A stretch of 64,000 bases of DNA from Oopsacas minuta (GCA_024704765.1 JAKMXF010000323.1:1-64000), one strand, 5' to 3'; numbered from the stretch's first letter, positions 36,291-49,790 are shown. Notes: generated from the letters alone by a model not told the origin. Numbers and translations are program-made.

Positions 36291-36795
36291 GACCCCATAG
36301 CCAACAGTAGTCTTCATATTGGGGTCTAAAGAGACCCCATAGCCAACTATAATATTCTAATTGGGGTCTACAGACACCGCATAGCCTACTGTAGTCTTCA
36401 TTGTGGAGTATAGAGAGACCCCATAGCCTACTGTAATCTTAATATTGGGGTATAGAGAGACCCCATAGCCTACTGCAATCTTCATATTGGGGTCTATAGA
36501 GACCCCATAGCCTACTGCAATCTTCATATTGGGGTCTATAGAGACCCCATAGCCTACTGTATTCTTCATATTGGGGTATAGAGAGACCCCATAGCCTACT
36601 GTAGTCTTCATTTTGGAGTATACAGAGACCCTATAGCCTACAATAATCTTCTAATTGGGGTCTATAGAGACACCAAAGCCAACTGTAATCTTCTAATTGG
36701 GGTCTATAGAGACACCAAAGCCAACTGTAATCTTCTAATTGGGGTCTATAGAGACCCCATAGCCAATCGTAATCTTCTAATTGGGGTCCATAGAC
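36291..36795. repeat. 42-bp minisatellite, 12 copies
   Basis: Consensus approximately CCCCATAGCCTACTGTAATCTTCATATTGGGGTCTATAGAGA, period 42. Confidence 0.95.
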
Positions 36796-38159
36796 TCACC
36801 CCTGAGACAATCTTTTGAGGTGGGAAGACCGATGTTCTTCTTATTACATTTTCTGCCTGATCACTTGGGCTACAGAGAGATCTTCACATCAATTTTGGCT
36901 AATTTGATCTTCTATGACTATTCTGATCAAACTTGAACAGCCAAGACCGAATGTTGCCAAATGTAGACTTAGGTGTGGTCATGATACATAATTATATACA
37001 AATCGGCCATACGTCATGCATATTTGTGGCTCATTGTATAGTTGCTAGTCGGCTTATTAAATTTCTTAAAGGTGCCAACAGCGGGGGCCTTGGGAATTTG
37101 TCGCGGATCCCCCCTCTCATCGGCCTAAGAAGAATTCGGAAACAATTAGGCATAAATATTCCTGGTACATTTTGTATTATTTGGTCCCGTATCGCCATAC
37201 AACTTTAGATATAATAAAATATTACGTTGTACCACTTTTGAAATGGATGTGCCGCACTTGAAAATAATGTAGTTATCAAAATGCCTCAGATATTGTCTGG
37301 TAGCGTGGGGAGCTAAGCCCTCCAAATAGTGTTGCTAAACTGTGAATTGCTCAAAGCCGGACACACCAACTTGTGTATTCCGAAATATCAGTATAAATTT
37401 CCCTTTTAAAGAAGTTATTTGTTGCCTCCTTTAGGTCAAAAGATACTGAATTATTAGTCCGTTATAACGAAGTCCGTTCATAACAACTCCAGGTGAACCT
37501 TTTGAAATTTATTACATAAAACTCCATATTCTACGAACTTGGCTTTAAGTTTCTGGTAGTAATTAATAAACAATGTGCATTTAACGTAAATCTGAGAGAC
37601 ATTTAATTATTTTGTTAATTATCAACCGCAAGTTGTAAGATAAGTTGTAAGATTTGGTATTATCAACCGCAGTATTCAGGCCTATCAGATTGTATCATTA
37701 ATTTGTCGTATATATATATAGGCTTGACTACCTTTATGTAAGAGCTTTACGATTGTTATCAACAATATCATTAAGTTAACCGGTATCACAAATTAGACTA
37801 GTTAATTAATCCGCTATCACTTGAAAAAGAAAATCTAGTATTGATTTCGGGGCAAAATGTATCGTTAATATCGGACAATTATAGTATATAGAAATTCTAG
37901 CAATCTCATTTCGCATCCCACCCCTCCAAGAATACAACAGCCCGTACGCCTAGGACTACGTGTATTTGAGTTCAAATTGCACCAGACTCAACCTCAGAGC
38001 AGAGAAAATACAGAATTCAGAGTCCTTTACTGACGCTAAATTTGTCTATATCGGCCTCTTTGGCCAGTCCCTTTGGTGGCCGGTATAGACAAGTTTGACA
38101 GTAGATGATTCTTGCCAATATTCTGCTGATTCTACCGATAAGAAGTAATGTACGATTCA

Positions 38160-38370
38160 CTGTTTAGAAAAGCATTCCCAAATTGTCTGTATTCTTAACA
38201 ATCTCAATCACTCTTCCAGTAGCTACTGCTGGTGTAGAAATAAGCTTCAGTAAGTTAAAGATGATAAAACATAACTAAAATCAACTATGCATCAAGAAAG
38301 GTTTGAGAACCTTGTTCTTCTTTCTTTAGAACATGAAATAGCTGATTTCTTGAACTATGGTAAAGTACCA
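38160..38370 (+). mobile_element. hAT transposase C-terminal fragment inside the MULE
   Basis: FPNCLYSLTISITLPVATAGVEISFSKLKMIK...STMHQERFENLVLLSLE. Confidence 0.75.
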
Positions 38371-38769
38371 TATTACAGGAAATATTCATTCCATGAAAAA
38401 ACGCGAATTGGAGTTGAACGTTTTCAAATACATGAAATTGTTGTGCATAAACAGTTATACAGTGGGCGACATCTCAAATTCTAAGTAGAGTCATTTTCAC
38501 TTCTTATGTTATAGAGTACTTAGTGAAAAGTTTGTTAATAAATTATGGAACTACAATGAGTAACTATGTACTTTACCAAGATATATTGCATTCATGCTAA
38601 TATCTACTTTTTTCAGTCTCGTGACGACCTTACTTTCGTTTTTGAGGGGGCCGTCCTCGACCAGGTGTCTTTTTAGGATTGGAAACTATTATTTTTTTAA
38701 ACTATATTGCGGTTTGATACTAAGCTAGTGTTTCATTCGACTCGAGGAAACAGGTGAACATTTTTCTTA

Positions 38770-40983
38770 GCTCTAACTGACATTCTTAGGACTTTCAGGA
38801 GTTTGAGAAGCGATTTGTGCAACGTCTTTACATTCTGCCATTAATATTTCATACCATTCATCTTTGGTTTTAGATGTGTTTTGTTGACACTATTGGAACT
38901 ATATTCTGTTTCGAAGAAAGTAGTTGGTTGAGAAGTCCAATCCTTTGCTGTTCAGTTTATAGACCAAAATATGCTAATTGCTCCTTTGGGCATATGTTTC
39001 AGGCTATTTTCTAAGTAAATGCGGAATATGTGACGGCAAGGGAATCCCCAGCAAGTTGGAAAGAGACAAGAACAATTTATTGTTGTTGTATGTCTCAATA
39101 GAACATCATTTTGACTTATAGTTTCTGACATAAGTCCTAAATCAGCTGCGTTTAACTGCTCATTGAGAATGACTTCTTGGTAATCCGGATTCTGGTCATT
39201 CAATTTCGAACCATTATCCGATGCTACCATTTTCTTCAGAAAATAGGTTTCTTCATTCTCCGATGAATTCTCTACTTGAAAAGATTTCTCGATTGAGTAA
39301 TTCAAAGATCTTATCTTCTGTGCTTTGCCTAAGTCATGAGCAAATGAGCTCAAATGTTCTTTTAAATATGCTACAATGGAATGCTGGTATGAGTAATCTG
39401 AATGAATTCCACTATCATTTCTAAGTAGAGCTCGTGTTGCTTTTCCTTCGCTTCTTTCAGAAATAGTCTGTCGATACTCCCCATTTTTTCGCAAGTTCAG
39501 TCAATAGTGTATGTCTGGTTAGAAAATGCTTAATAGCCGAGTAAACTGCTTCTGCTCTCTGGTTGAATATATTCCTAAAGTTAAATAACCCGAAATCCAT
39601 CTAGCAGCCCACTGTTTACTTCTGTCATATAAAACATCGAGCCACCTTTTTGTGTCTTTGTAGGTTTTTTCAGTCAATGAATCTTTGTTAGAATCAATTA
39701 TGTCAATTAATCTATTCCACTCTAATTCAAGATCCGTGCATGAAAGTGCATCCTGCTTCTTGCAAATCGACCAGCAGGATTTAAAGAAATTGTTTCAATT
39801 TTGTTTCGGGTCGTTTCTCTTACTTAGAATTGGTTTAATATGTGTAAGGATATTTTGAGAGAGGTGAAAAGTACACAATAGATGTGTAGTAGTATTAGTA
39901 GTAGTAACTAGAATATTATTTATTGCAGCTGCCATACCAGGGTCACCATCTGTGAATATGACATTTGGAGATTTGTGAAACGCAACAACAAATTCGCCAA
40001 AAATCCAATTAAAAGATCTTCGGTTTCGTTTGATAGAAGAGAACAAGCAAGAACGATCGTTCGTTCATAGGCATTGATGGTTGTAAAAGCTCCAAACTTA
40101 AGTCCATATTTGTTCATCCCATGAGAGGTATCATACAAAACTGGATTGTTCCCTAAATTTCAGACCATTGTCCTATACTTTCCTTGAGAACCCAAAATAC
40201 TTTATTGAGAGAACCATCTGAATCCGTACTCAAATTATACTACAAACCATATTTAGTTTGGTGCGAATGTAAAAATTCTGTAAAATTGGTTGCATCCAGA
40301 ATTCTTTCTTCCACACTTGGCGAGAATTCGTTGTAAGTATCACTATATTTCCAAGATATGGGCAGTGCACATCTGTAAGCTTCACTTTCTAAAGCTTGGT
40401 TAATCTTGGATGCAGAAATCCCCCATGTTTGAGCTTTATCCGAGTTCTATTAGTTCTTTAGGAATGCACCTTAGAGATGCCTCCTGCAAACTGGCCCATT
40501 CTTCACCACCAAATCATGACCTGTATGTTCCAAGTGGCCACCAGCAATGATCCATTCTGCAACACAACTTTCAATCCAAATTCTCAATCTATAACCACAT
40601 TTAAGCATAGAGGTTCTCCTCTTTTCCCCTTTTAACACAGTCTTTCCACTTCTGTGACAAGCTAACACTTTTGAAACCCCTTCTTACTAGTATCATATCT
40701 GTCCTCCCCAAATTAAGCTAAAACGCCCTCCACCGACGTGAAGATTGTAGGCCCATGAGTCAAGGTTCACCTTTGCTTCGTCAGTAGACTTCCATGGCCT
40801 TTGGGACATGTGCTCTGGTGAACAAATCTTTCTTATTCTCAAAATGTCATCAACAGTGCGGACGGTGTTCTTAAGTTGAAATGTTTGTATACTATTAGCA
40901 TTCTCCATTGGTGTGCTGTTTAGATCAGTATCCGATTCTTCTGTGGACTGTTCAGCTAGTGGTATTGTTGAATGAGCAGACAT
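38770..40983 (-). pseudogene. MULE transposase (FAR1-like zinc domain, MULE DDE, SWIM) with stops and frameshifts
   Basis: LACHRSG...KCGYRL...LEHTGHDL; YDTSHGMNKY; IFTDGDPGM; LCTFHLSQNI; ST(Q)RAEAVYSAIK; SWIM finger CSCLFPTCWGFPCRHI. Confidence 0.88.
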
Positions 40984-41489
40984 CCCGATGTCTGGATAGT
41001 TGTAGTCAGAGTATGAGAATAACTCACCCGAATTTGTTAAATGTTGTGTTTCTTCTATTTCATTCGATTGAAATCGAAATTGTGGTATAAAAAGGACCTC
41101 ACACCTGGTAGGTATGTCTGAAAATCATTATTAGGAAATGGCATTATATAATATTCTGAGTTTATTTGATAATTCACCCGATTAATTGATGCAAGATAAT
41201 CGTCATGGAAGTTGATTTTAACAAGAATATGTTTTTGAAAGTAACAGGAAATGTTACCTATAGGATGACAAATAATATGAATTTAGATATGTGTTTATTT
41301 GTTTAGTTTATTTGTACTTGTTATTATTATATATCTTTATCAAATTAATATTCACTAATAAAACTGTACTATAGTATACTTAGTACAGAAAATAGGAATG
41401 TACTATAGTATGTATAGTTGAGCTATATACAAGTTATCTCTTTAAATAATGCTTTACTTAGATTGAGGTTGTCTACAGATTGTATTTGT

Positions 41490-41802
41490 TGATGGTTGGT
41501 GAAGAATTTGCAATCTGTTCCCAGATTCATTTAGAAATATGTCCGGATACTACATTGGACCTAGGCAAGTCAAGTATAATATAACACCCCGTACAAAATT
41601 AGGTTTTGCGTATTATGCCTATTTTGGCATGGCAATGGATGATCAAGAGAAAATGTGGTCTCCTCACTTCTGCTGTGGATCATGTGGTTCGTCCTTATAA
41701 GGATTGCTATGTGGAACCCGAAAGTGTGTGCCATTTGCAATACCTTGAATTTGGAAAGAATTCGTTAACCACCATGATGACCGCTACTTTTGTATGGTAG
41801 AC
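41490..41802 (+). mobile_element. Chapaev3 transposase N-terminal fragment
   Basis: AYYAYFGMAMDDQEKMWSPHFCCGSC...VPFAIP*IWKE..NHHDDRYFC, paralogous to 45407 onward. Confidence 0.8.
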
Positions 41803-42459
41803 ACCATGTGTCACAAAATATTTTACGAAGGGTACTCAATGGGATGGAAAAGGAAAATTCCGGTGTCTAAACTTGCTATCCAATAAAACTACGCGATACT
41901 GTAGTTTGTAAATGTAGGCTAGCACATTTGGTTGTTTGTATGTTTGTATGTCTATAATTGATTGAAGTAACATGAAGAACCCAGGCTGATTTTGGCATAC
42001 AGAAGTATTATTGGGCCTGGATACACATTATGAAAAATTATGATGTCAAAGTTACCTTCTTGGATTTTCGAAATGTCACATTATTTACCACAGCTTAGTC
42101 AATATACATTTATTCACAGGTACTCCTCAATGGGACAAATGTTCTGACGTCATGATTCGGAACAAAAGCTAACTGTACAAAAACATCAAAATTTCAAATT
42201 TCGGAGATTCTTAATGTATCAATACTCGAGGCACAAAGTGCCCAGATTACTATCAAAATGCGAGCCTCTCCTGTGTCACCACAGAAGGTCATTGAATGTA
42301 ATTTGTATGGACTATGGATAATATAGTCATACAATTTTAACTATTTTGCGCATTCTGGGCACGTTGTGCTGATTGTGTTCTGTCACGTATCGACCAACAC
42401 CACTCTACAGGATGGCAAATAATTTATGTCCCATATATTTGATGAAGTGTGGTTCCTTA

Positions 42460-43771
42460 CAGGGTGTCTAATAAGTTCTGTAATACATTGTCGCGCCTTA
42501 GACAGTAGCTATTAATATACTTATGAAGTAATCTTCTAGAATTTCTTGTAGCATTTTTGGCGCTCTTTCAAATTATACCAAGTATATATCATTCAAGTTG
42601 ATGATTTCCCAGAAAATCATGTTAGAAGAAATTCGTTCAAAAATTGTCACTTTTCACGAATCTGGATTTAGCAATAGTGAAATTCTAAAAAGGCTAAAAA
42701 ATAATAAATTGAATCCTATGTTGATCTATCGCACAATAAAACGATATATAGAGACTGGCAGCGTGTCCGACAGGAAACGAATTGGTCGTCCAAGATCCGC
42801 CCCCACACCAGCCCTGAAGAATAGTGTTAGATGTCGAATCCTAAGAAATCCCCGGCGTTCAATGCAAAAAACGTCTCGTGAATTCTGTGTCAATCACGAA
42901 ACGATGCGGAAATTGGTTGTAGAGGACCTAGGAATGAAGTCCTATAAGCGGAAAAATGTACACCATCTTAACGACTCCATACGTCGTAAGCGACTCGAAA
43001 GATGCATACAACTAAAAGCCCGATTCGCTCCTGGGACTGAAGATCAGATTCTCTTCTCAGATGAGAAGCTGTTCACCGTTGAGGAGGCAAGCAATCGTCA
43101 AAACGACCGTATACTTGCTTCTCGAAGTCAGGATATCCCAGAGAGCATCAAGTACATTGATAGAGTCCAGAAGCCTCTTTCTCTGAAGGTATGGGCGGAA
43201 GTGTCGGCAGACTCACGGACAAACCTGATTTTTGTCCTCTAAGGAGTGAAAATAAACTCCCAGACGTACAGAGAACTGGTCTTGGAGCCTGAAATTGCGT
43301 TTGCGGGTGAGAAGCTCTTTCAAAACCATCCTTGGACTTACCAACAAGACTCTGCGCCTGCACATGCTTCAAAAGTATCCCAGAGTTGGTTCCGTGAGGA
43401 AAATATCGATTTCATAAGTAAGGATGAATGGCCACCATCAAGCCCAGATTTAAACCCACTCGACTATTCTGTTTGGGCAAACTTGGAGAGCAGGGCCTGT
43501 GCGAAATCTCACAACAGTTTGGAGTCCCTCAAAGTTAGTTTGTTGAGTGAATGGCAGAAAATCCCACAGGAGGAGCTGCGAAAAGCTGTCCATCAGTTTC
43601 GGAGCAGACTAACTTCCGTAATTCATAAAAAGGGAGGCTATATTGAATGATACTTGTAATTTGTAATTAGGAACATAAGTCCTAAGAAAATAGAAAGTTT
43701 CATGGCTTTACAATGGATAAATTTGAAATTATTGGGGAATTGATATATAACAGAACTTATTAGACACCCTG
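42460..43771 (+). mobile_element. Full-length maT (DD37D) Tc1/mariner element, 1312 bp
   Basis: Perfect 22-bp TIRs CAGGGTGTCTAATAAGTTCTGT, with TA TSD at both ends. Confidence 0.95.
42601..43650 (+). pseudogene. maT transposase with a single in-frame stop (TAA 43240-43242)
   Basis: FSDEK, QQDSAPAH and SPDLNPLDY, with 37 residues between the second and third D. Both listed ORFs are in one frame. Confidence 0.92.
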
Positions 43772-43929
43772 TATTAAAGAACCTGATGGAACAGGAATAG
43801 TGTAAGATAACTAAAAATAATATATTTCTAAGTATTCAAAGGTAATCTATATATTCTGAAAAAGCAAAACATTCTAGGCAAAGTGGAGAAGAATAGGGTG
43901 GCTACTGTTAAAGTATATTTGCAAGGGAA

Positions 43930-44530
43930 AAGACAGCAAAATATTGAACATTCTCAATTTCTCCAAATCGCGTAGGAAATTGATATATCGTGCTATTAAC
44001 AGATATAAGGACACTGGTAGTACCTCAGACAGGCAGAGAAGTGGACATCCAACATCTGCGACCATTACCCAGAAGAGAAAGTTATCCGTAGTCGGATTCA
44101 GCGAAATCCGCACCGTTCGATGCGAAGAATGGGGCTAGAACTCAATATATCAAGAGAATCGGTCCGAACAATTGTGAAGAGCGATATCGGCCAATTTCCT
44201 TACCAAAAATGGAAGGTTCACTATATTTCTGCACTGATTAAAGAAAAGAGACTAGCAAGGAGCAAGGTCTTACTCGCCCGGTTCGCAAGATTTGGCCTTG
44301 ATGAAATTTTGTTCTCGGATGAGAAATTATTCAAGTTCGAGCAGGCGTACAATCGTCAAAACTATCGAGTATTGTCCTCTTCTTCATCCTCCCTACCACA
44401 AGAGTATCGATGCGTCCAAAAGTTCAGAATCCTCAGTCAGAGATGGTTTGGCGGGGGGTTCCACAAATGGCCGTACCCCAAAGCTTTTTATCCCACTGGG
44501 CGTAAAATAAACGCTGTTAAGTATCTGAAG
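43930..44530 (+). mobile_element. Second, diverged maT transposase remnant (N-terminal half)
   Basis: IYRAINRYKDTGS..DRQRSGHP, RNPHRSMRRM, ILFSDEKLF..EQAYNRQN. Confidence 0.8.
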
Positions 44531-45406
44531 CTAGTTCAGACCAAGGATTGGCAAACCACGGGCAGCTTGTGTTTTGGAACCGACCCGCTTGGCTTAAGTT
44601 ATTTTAGTACTCTAAGTATTTGATCACTGTCTAACTTCCTTACGCAATCGGAAGTTTGGTCACATGGAAAATTTGATTAAGTGATCTGGGAGATATAAAT
44701 TGACACAAAGTGAACTTTCCCCTATACCTTCCTGACCTATCAATGAATTCGTTTGTAATTTCTATTACTAGTAGTGTATCTTGGTACGGCTTCGAAATTT
44801 TCAAGAAGCAGCTGCATTGCTCTCATTAAATAGTAATAATTAATTATTATGTATCCAGTGAACATTTGATTTAACGGCACTCGTTTAGGCAGGCCAAAAA
44901 TGCCACTATATCCGATCTGTCGCTAAATCCGAGAAAGCAAAAGAAAAGCGCTTCCTTTTGCCAACTCCGCTTGAATCCATGACAATGATATTTCAGCATT
45001 ACATTGTACGTACAATATCTTTAATATGCATTTTCGTAAGAAGCCAGGTGCTGTTGATTCAAAACAAGGGAGACTATCATTCCTTTACAATTTAATCAAT
45101 TACACTGATATACAACATTTTGATGATCTTCTTTTTCTATTATTTTTGCATAGTGTAGATATATATTGAGAATTATTAAGTATTATTTTCATTCTCAAGT
45201 GTACTAAAAGTAGGAAATTTCTATTTAGTTATTTCGGTCTTTTAATTGACTATATCGTCAAAATATTTCTAATTTCAATTCTACACATCACCCTTATCCA
45301 ATTTATTTGGTTTCAATTACTTATATGATGTAAATTGCCTCTAATAGTAGTTATAATCTGTTTGATTCCACTCGACATTTAGTTTATCTTGTTCATTTTA
45401 TTGTTT

Positions 45407-47066
45407 ATGGCTTTTCGGGTTTGTAAAAATTCTCCTGAAAAGTTTTGTTATATTTGTGGGAGGTATACTACAACTGACCAACGGTAAAATATCACAAAGG
45501 CTGTAGAACGCTGTTATTTCGCATATTTTGGATGCCATCTTGGGGATCAAGATAAACCGTGGGCTCCACACAATGCCTGTAAGACATGCGTTGAGAACTT
45601 ACGCTTGTGGTATGTGGGAAGAGAAAGAAAATGCCGTTTGCGGTTCCAATGATATGGAGAGAACCATTGTGTCATATTTCGGATTGTTATTTCTGTATGA
45701 CGAAAATTGATGGTATCATAAAAAAGAATAAATCCAGTATTGCGTACCCAGACGTACCGTCCGCCATTAGGCCAGTTCCACATTCAGAGGACCTACCTGT
45801 ACCAGTTCCATCAGAAATATTGGACATTAGCAGTGACAATGATAGTAGTGGAGATTCTGACGAGTACATACTCCCACCAGATGATAATTCTCCTCAGCTT
45901 TTTGATCAAAATGATCTTGATGACCTAATAAGAGATCTTAATTTACCAAAATCGTCTTCAGAAATTCTTGCTTCACGTCTAAAAGAGAAGAATTTACTAC
46001 TTCCGGGGCGAATATTTCGAAATATCGAACTAGAGAACAAGATTTCCTTAAATTTTTCCACGTACAGCCATCATTTGTATATTGTGGAAATATTCCTGGT
46101 CTGATAGAAAAGCTTGGAGTGAAATATAATCCTGAAGAATGGCGATTATTTATTGATTCCTCTAAAAGAAGTTTAAAGGGAGTGTTACTCCATAATGGTA
46201 ATAAGCTTGCGTGTATTCCAGTTGCACATTCTTTTCAACTTAAGGAGACTTACGACACCATGAAAGTCTTCCTAGATGCACTAAATTACACCAAGCATCG
46301 ATGGTTAATTTGTGGAGATCTTAAGGTCATATCATTACTTCTCGGGCAACAAGGTGGTTACACCAAATATCCATGTTTCCTGTGTTTGTGGGATAGCCGT
46401 GCAGACGCTCGACATTACTTCCAGAAAGTGTGGTCGCACCGAGACCATTTAGTTTCTGGTAGTCACAATGTTATTCAAGAACCACTTGTGGATTCTAACG
46501 ATGTCTTGTTACCACCTCTTCACATTAAACTTGGTTTAATGAAAAATTTTGTGAAGGCATTGCCCAAGGAAAGTAGAGGTTTTTTGTACCTCGTGGAAAA
46601 GTTCCCTGCAATTTCTGATGCGAAGATTAAAGGTGGCATCTTTGTTGGACCACAAATAAGGGAGCAATTCAAAGATGATGAATTTCTTAAAAAATTGAAT
46701 AGCCTAGAGAGGAAAGCTTGGCTAAGTTTTCGTGATGAAGTAGAAGGTTTCCTTGGAAATCACAAAGTTGACAACTATGCTGACATTGTCGAGAGATTAA
46801 TAGAGAATTACAAAATGCTCGTTGCGAGAATGTCTATAAAAATCCATTTCCATCACTCACACCTGGATTATTTTCCAAAAAGTCTTTGGGCACTAAGCGA
46901 AGAACAAGGCGAACGTTTTCATCAGGATATTAGTGACATTGAACACAGATACCAAGGAAAATGGAATTCCAGTATGATCGCGGACTACTGTTGGTGTTTG
47001 AAACGCAACAGGCCTGACGTTCTACACAAAAGAAAGTCGAGGAAAAGACAATTTTTAGACGATTAA
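45407..47066 (+). pseudogene. Chapaev3 transposase, near full length, with one early stop and two frameshifts
   Basis: FCYICG, DQDKPWAPHNACKTC, WREPLCHISDCYFC, WRLFIDSSKRSLK, ICGDLKV, YPCFLCLW, PPLHIKLG, SEEQGERFHQDI. TIRs not identified. Confidence 0.88.
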
Positions 47067-47188
47067 ATTTGAATCTATATTATTAAATCTCAATTGTTGT
47101 CTATTTGTTTGTCTGTCTGTCCGTTTGTCCGTTGCTAAGGAAGCTGAAATGGAATGTGGAATTCATATTTGCAAAATGCTTGTATCTA

Positions 47189-48517
47189 CGAGGGTAGTCC
47201 AAAAAGTTTTTAGAATCTATATGAAAGAATAGTGGGAAATGGATTATTTTTTTATAGTTTCTCGAAGTAAATACCAGATGACTGTATGCATAAATCCATC
47301 CTTCTAAACCAACTTTCAAAACAATTTTCCCAGTCTTCTTTGGTTAGGTCTTGGAGGGCCCCATTATAAGCCAGTCTTGCCTCTTCTGCACTATCGAAAT
47401 GAACCCCTTTGATCTTCTTTTTTAGTTTAGGGAAAGAAAGAAGTCGCATGGCGCCAAATCTGGGGAATATGCTGGATGGGGTATCAATTTTATACCATTT
47501 TCTGCAAAGAAATCCATTGTTAAAGTTGCCTTGTGTGCACTTACATTGTCATGGTGCCATTGAAGTGAGGTGAGGTAGGCTTTAGGATGTAAAATGCTCC
47601 ACTTTTCTATCACCTGAGGCATGCAAATGTTGACATACCAACTCGCAGTTACAGTCTTTTGCTCTATAAGGGGAATAGTAGCAACATGTCCCTTTTTAGA
47701 GATGAAACTGGCGACCATTTGCTTGTTGCCACTTCGTGCACGTCTCAATTTTTGAGGGGGATCATCATCTGGAAAAAGCCAAACTGAAGATTGTTGCTTC
47801 GTCTCTGGGTCATATTGGTAAATCCAATTCTCATCTCCCGTAATTAATGCACTCAATAGCTTTGAACGACCATGATCGAATTTTCTGATCATCAATTTGC
47901 ACCAATCCACTCGAGTTGTCATTTGTTCTTCAGAAAGTTTATGTGGAATCCAACGTGCAGCCAGTTTCCTCACCAAGAGATGTTCATGAAGTATGGCATG
48001 GAGGCTTCCTCTGCTGATGTCTAAATAACTCATTATTTCGTCAATTATGATTCGACGCTCATTTTTGATTATTTTCTTAACTTTCTGGATATTTTCTGGG
48101 TTAACCGCATCTGCAGGACGTCCTGATCGCATCTCATCACTTAGAGTCTTTCGTCCACGGTTAAATTCACCGTACCAGTTGTACACTGTAGCCAAAGATC
48201 GTGATTTTTCTCCAAATGTGTCCTGAAGTTGAATATGTGATTCTTTAGGACTGAGTTTTCTCATAAAGTCATAAAAAATCATTGCGCGAAAGTCCCTCCT
48301 TTCCAAATGTAAATCCATGAGGAATAATTAGGTACGAATTTAAAACAAGAGCCAAGTGCTGACTATATAAGTAGCTGTCAAAAAAGTAATAAAAGATAAA
48401 AAGCTTAGATATTTTAACTAGAGTAGTTATAAATAGTGTACTATAGATATAAGATGTATTGGTGTGCAAGAAATGAAGTTACAGTATTCATTCTTAAAAC
48501 TTTTTGGACGACCCTCG
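47189..48517 (-). mobile_element. Full-length mariner (DD34D), 1329 bp, transposase 48318-47252 with one frameshift
   Basis: 28-bp TIRs CGAGGGT(A/C)GTCCAAAAAGTTTT(T/A)AGAAT with TA TSDs. ITGDENW, HHDNVSAH and YSPDLAPCD with 34 spacing. A 1-bp loss near 47430 shifts CDFFL-FPKLKKK. Confidence 0.95.
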
Positions 48518-49369
48518 TATATATCTATGGTGTTAATCAGGAAAATATACAAACGGGTGCACTGATTCCGAATATCATATTGTTAGTAACATGTGATAAA
48601 TATTTGTTGTTGTTTAGTAGCATAAAGAAACAAATTCCAAAATTATCCTAGAAACGTGGTTTCAACGGTTATTGTGGAGTAATCGGGTATGTTGATTCTG
48701 AATATCACACAAACTAATAGTCAAAGCGAGGGCCGAAGGCCGAGTACGGACACGAAGTGTTGGAATCCGCGTAGCACGCTAGTGATAGTTAATATTAGTA
48801 TGATTTAGTAGGTAATAAACATAAATGTATGTTTAATTTTATATATTTAATCGCATATTGGTGCAATCTTCCAACCAGAAAATTACAAATTCTAGACCCG
48901 TTGTGAATATATACTTAACTCATTCATAAACAGTCCCTTCAAATTATTCGATTTCAGCTATTCTTATTTAATCATCAAAAACTTTTTACAATTTTGTATA
49001 TCAGTGTTATTAAACCCTTAATAATTCACAAATTAGTACACTTTTCTGAACCCCACAGTACAGACAGCTCCAAAATCGTAATAACTGATGAGATCTGCAT
49101 GGAGCTGGCATTGAAAATAGGTCGCTAAATTCATTATGTCGTAATCTGACAGGTCGTTATAGTCGAGGTATGGTGTGTGCAGAATAATGATGTGAGATTC
49201 TGTGCGAGCATAATCAGTTGTTATAAGTGAATTGTCGTAAAGCCAATGTCGTTAAATATAATGTTTATTGTAATTATTGTTTATTTTACAATTAGTTAGT
49301 GGAGTTTATTTAAAAAATTTGAAGATGGAACGTAGTCGTAGGCTAACATGTCACACATAAAAATTTGGA

Positions 49370-49410
49370 ATTTGAATGCGGCCCGCGCAGAAAAAGTTTG
49401 TCCACCCCTG
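49370..49410. mobile_element. Solo right end of a Charlie-type hAT
   Basis: GCGGCCCGCG...AAAAGTTTGTCCACCCCTG followed by TTTTAGAC. No partner end was found. Confidence 0.55.
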
Positions 49411-49790
49411 TTTTAGACCAAATAGTGTGAAACCTTCGTAAGTCCATGTTCAATAATCGTCCATTTTTAATCTAGCAAGACGGTGCGCCCGCCCACATAG
49501 CGAAAAGAACCAAGTGGTACGATACAATATCCCAGACTTCATCTCCAAGAAGGAATGGCCTCCTTTCAGGCCAGATCTCAACCCTATGAACTCTATTTGT
49601 GGTCGATGGGAATAAATGCGTGCTCTACTTCCAAAAGAGTATCAAGTATCTAAGAACCTCTTTACCCTGAGAATGGGCAAAAATCCCACAGGAAAATGTT
49701 GCGTGCCGCAGTCGTGTCCGTCCCTAAGCGGCTAAGAGCAGTCATCATATAGAAAGGGAGCTAGATAGAATAATTGAATATATTATGAAT
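49411..49790 (+). mobile_element. Third maT remnant (C-terminal part)
   Basis: *QDGAPAHIAK...IPDFISKKEWPPFRPDLNPM. Confidence 0.75.

Larger units (their letters stand above)
36023..41440 (-). mobile_element. MULE (Mutator-like) element, 5418 bp, with internal cargo
   Basis: About 85-90-bp inverted termini starting GAGATAACTT (36023-36111 / 41359-41440). 9-bp flanks TTGCAATAA / TTTAAATAA (7/9 match). Encloses a MULE transposase remnant. Confidence 0.78.

Noticed and set aside
36357-36611. 84-aa repeat protein (VGYGVS...)
   Set aside because: It is a by-product of the 42-bp minisatellite having a period divisible by three.
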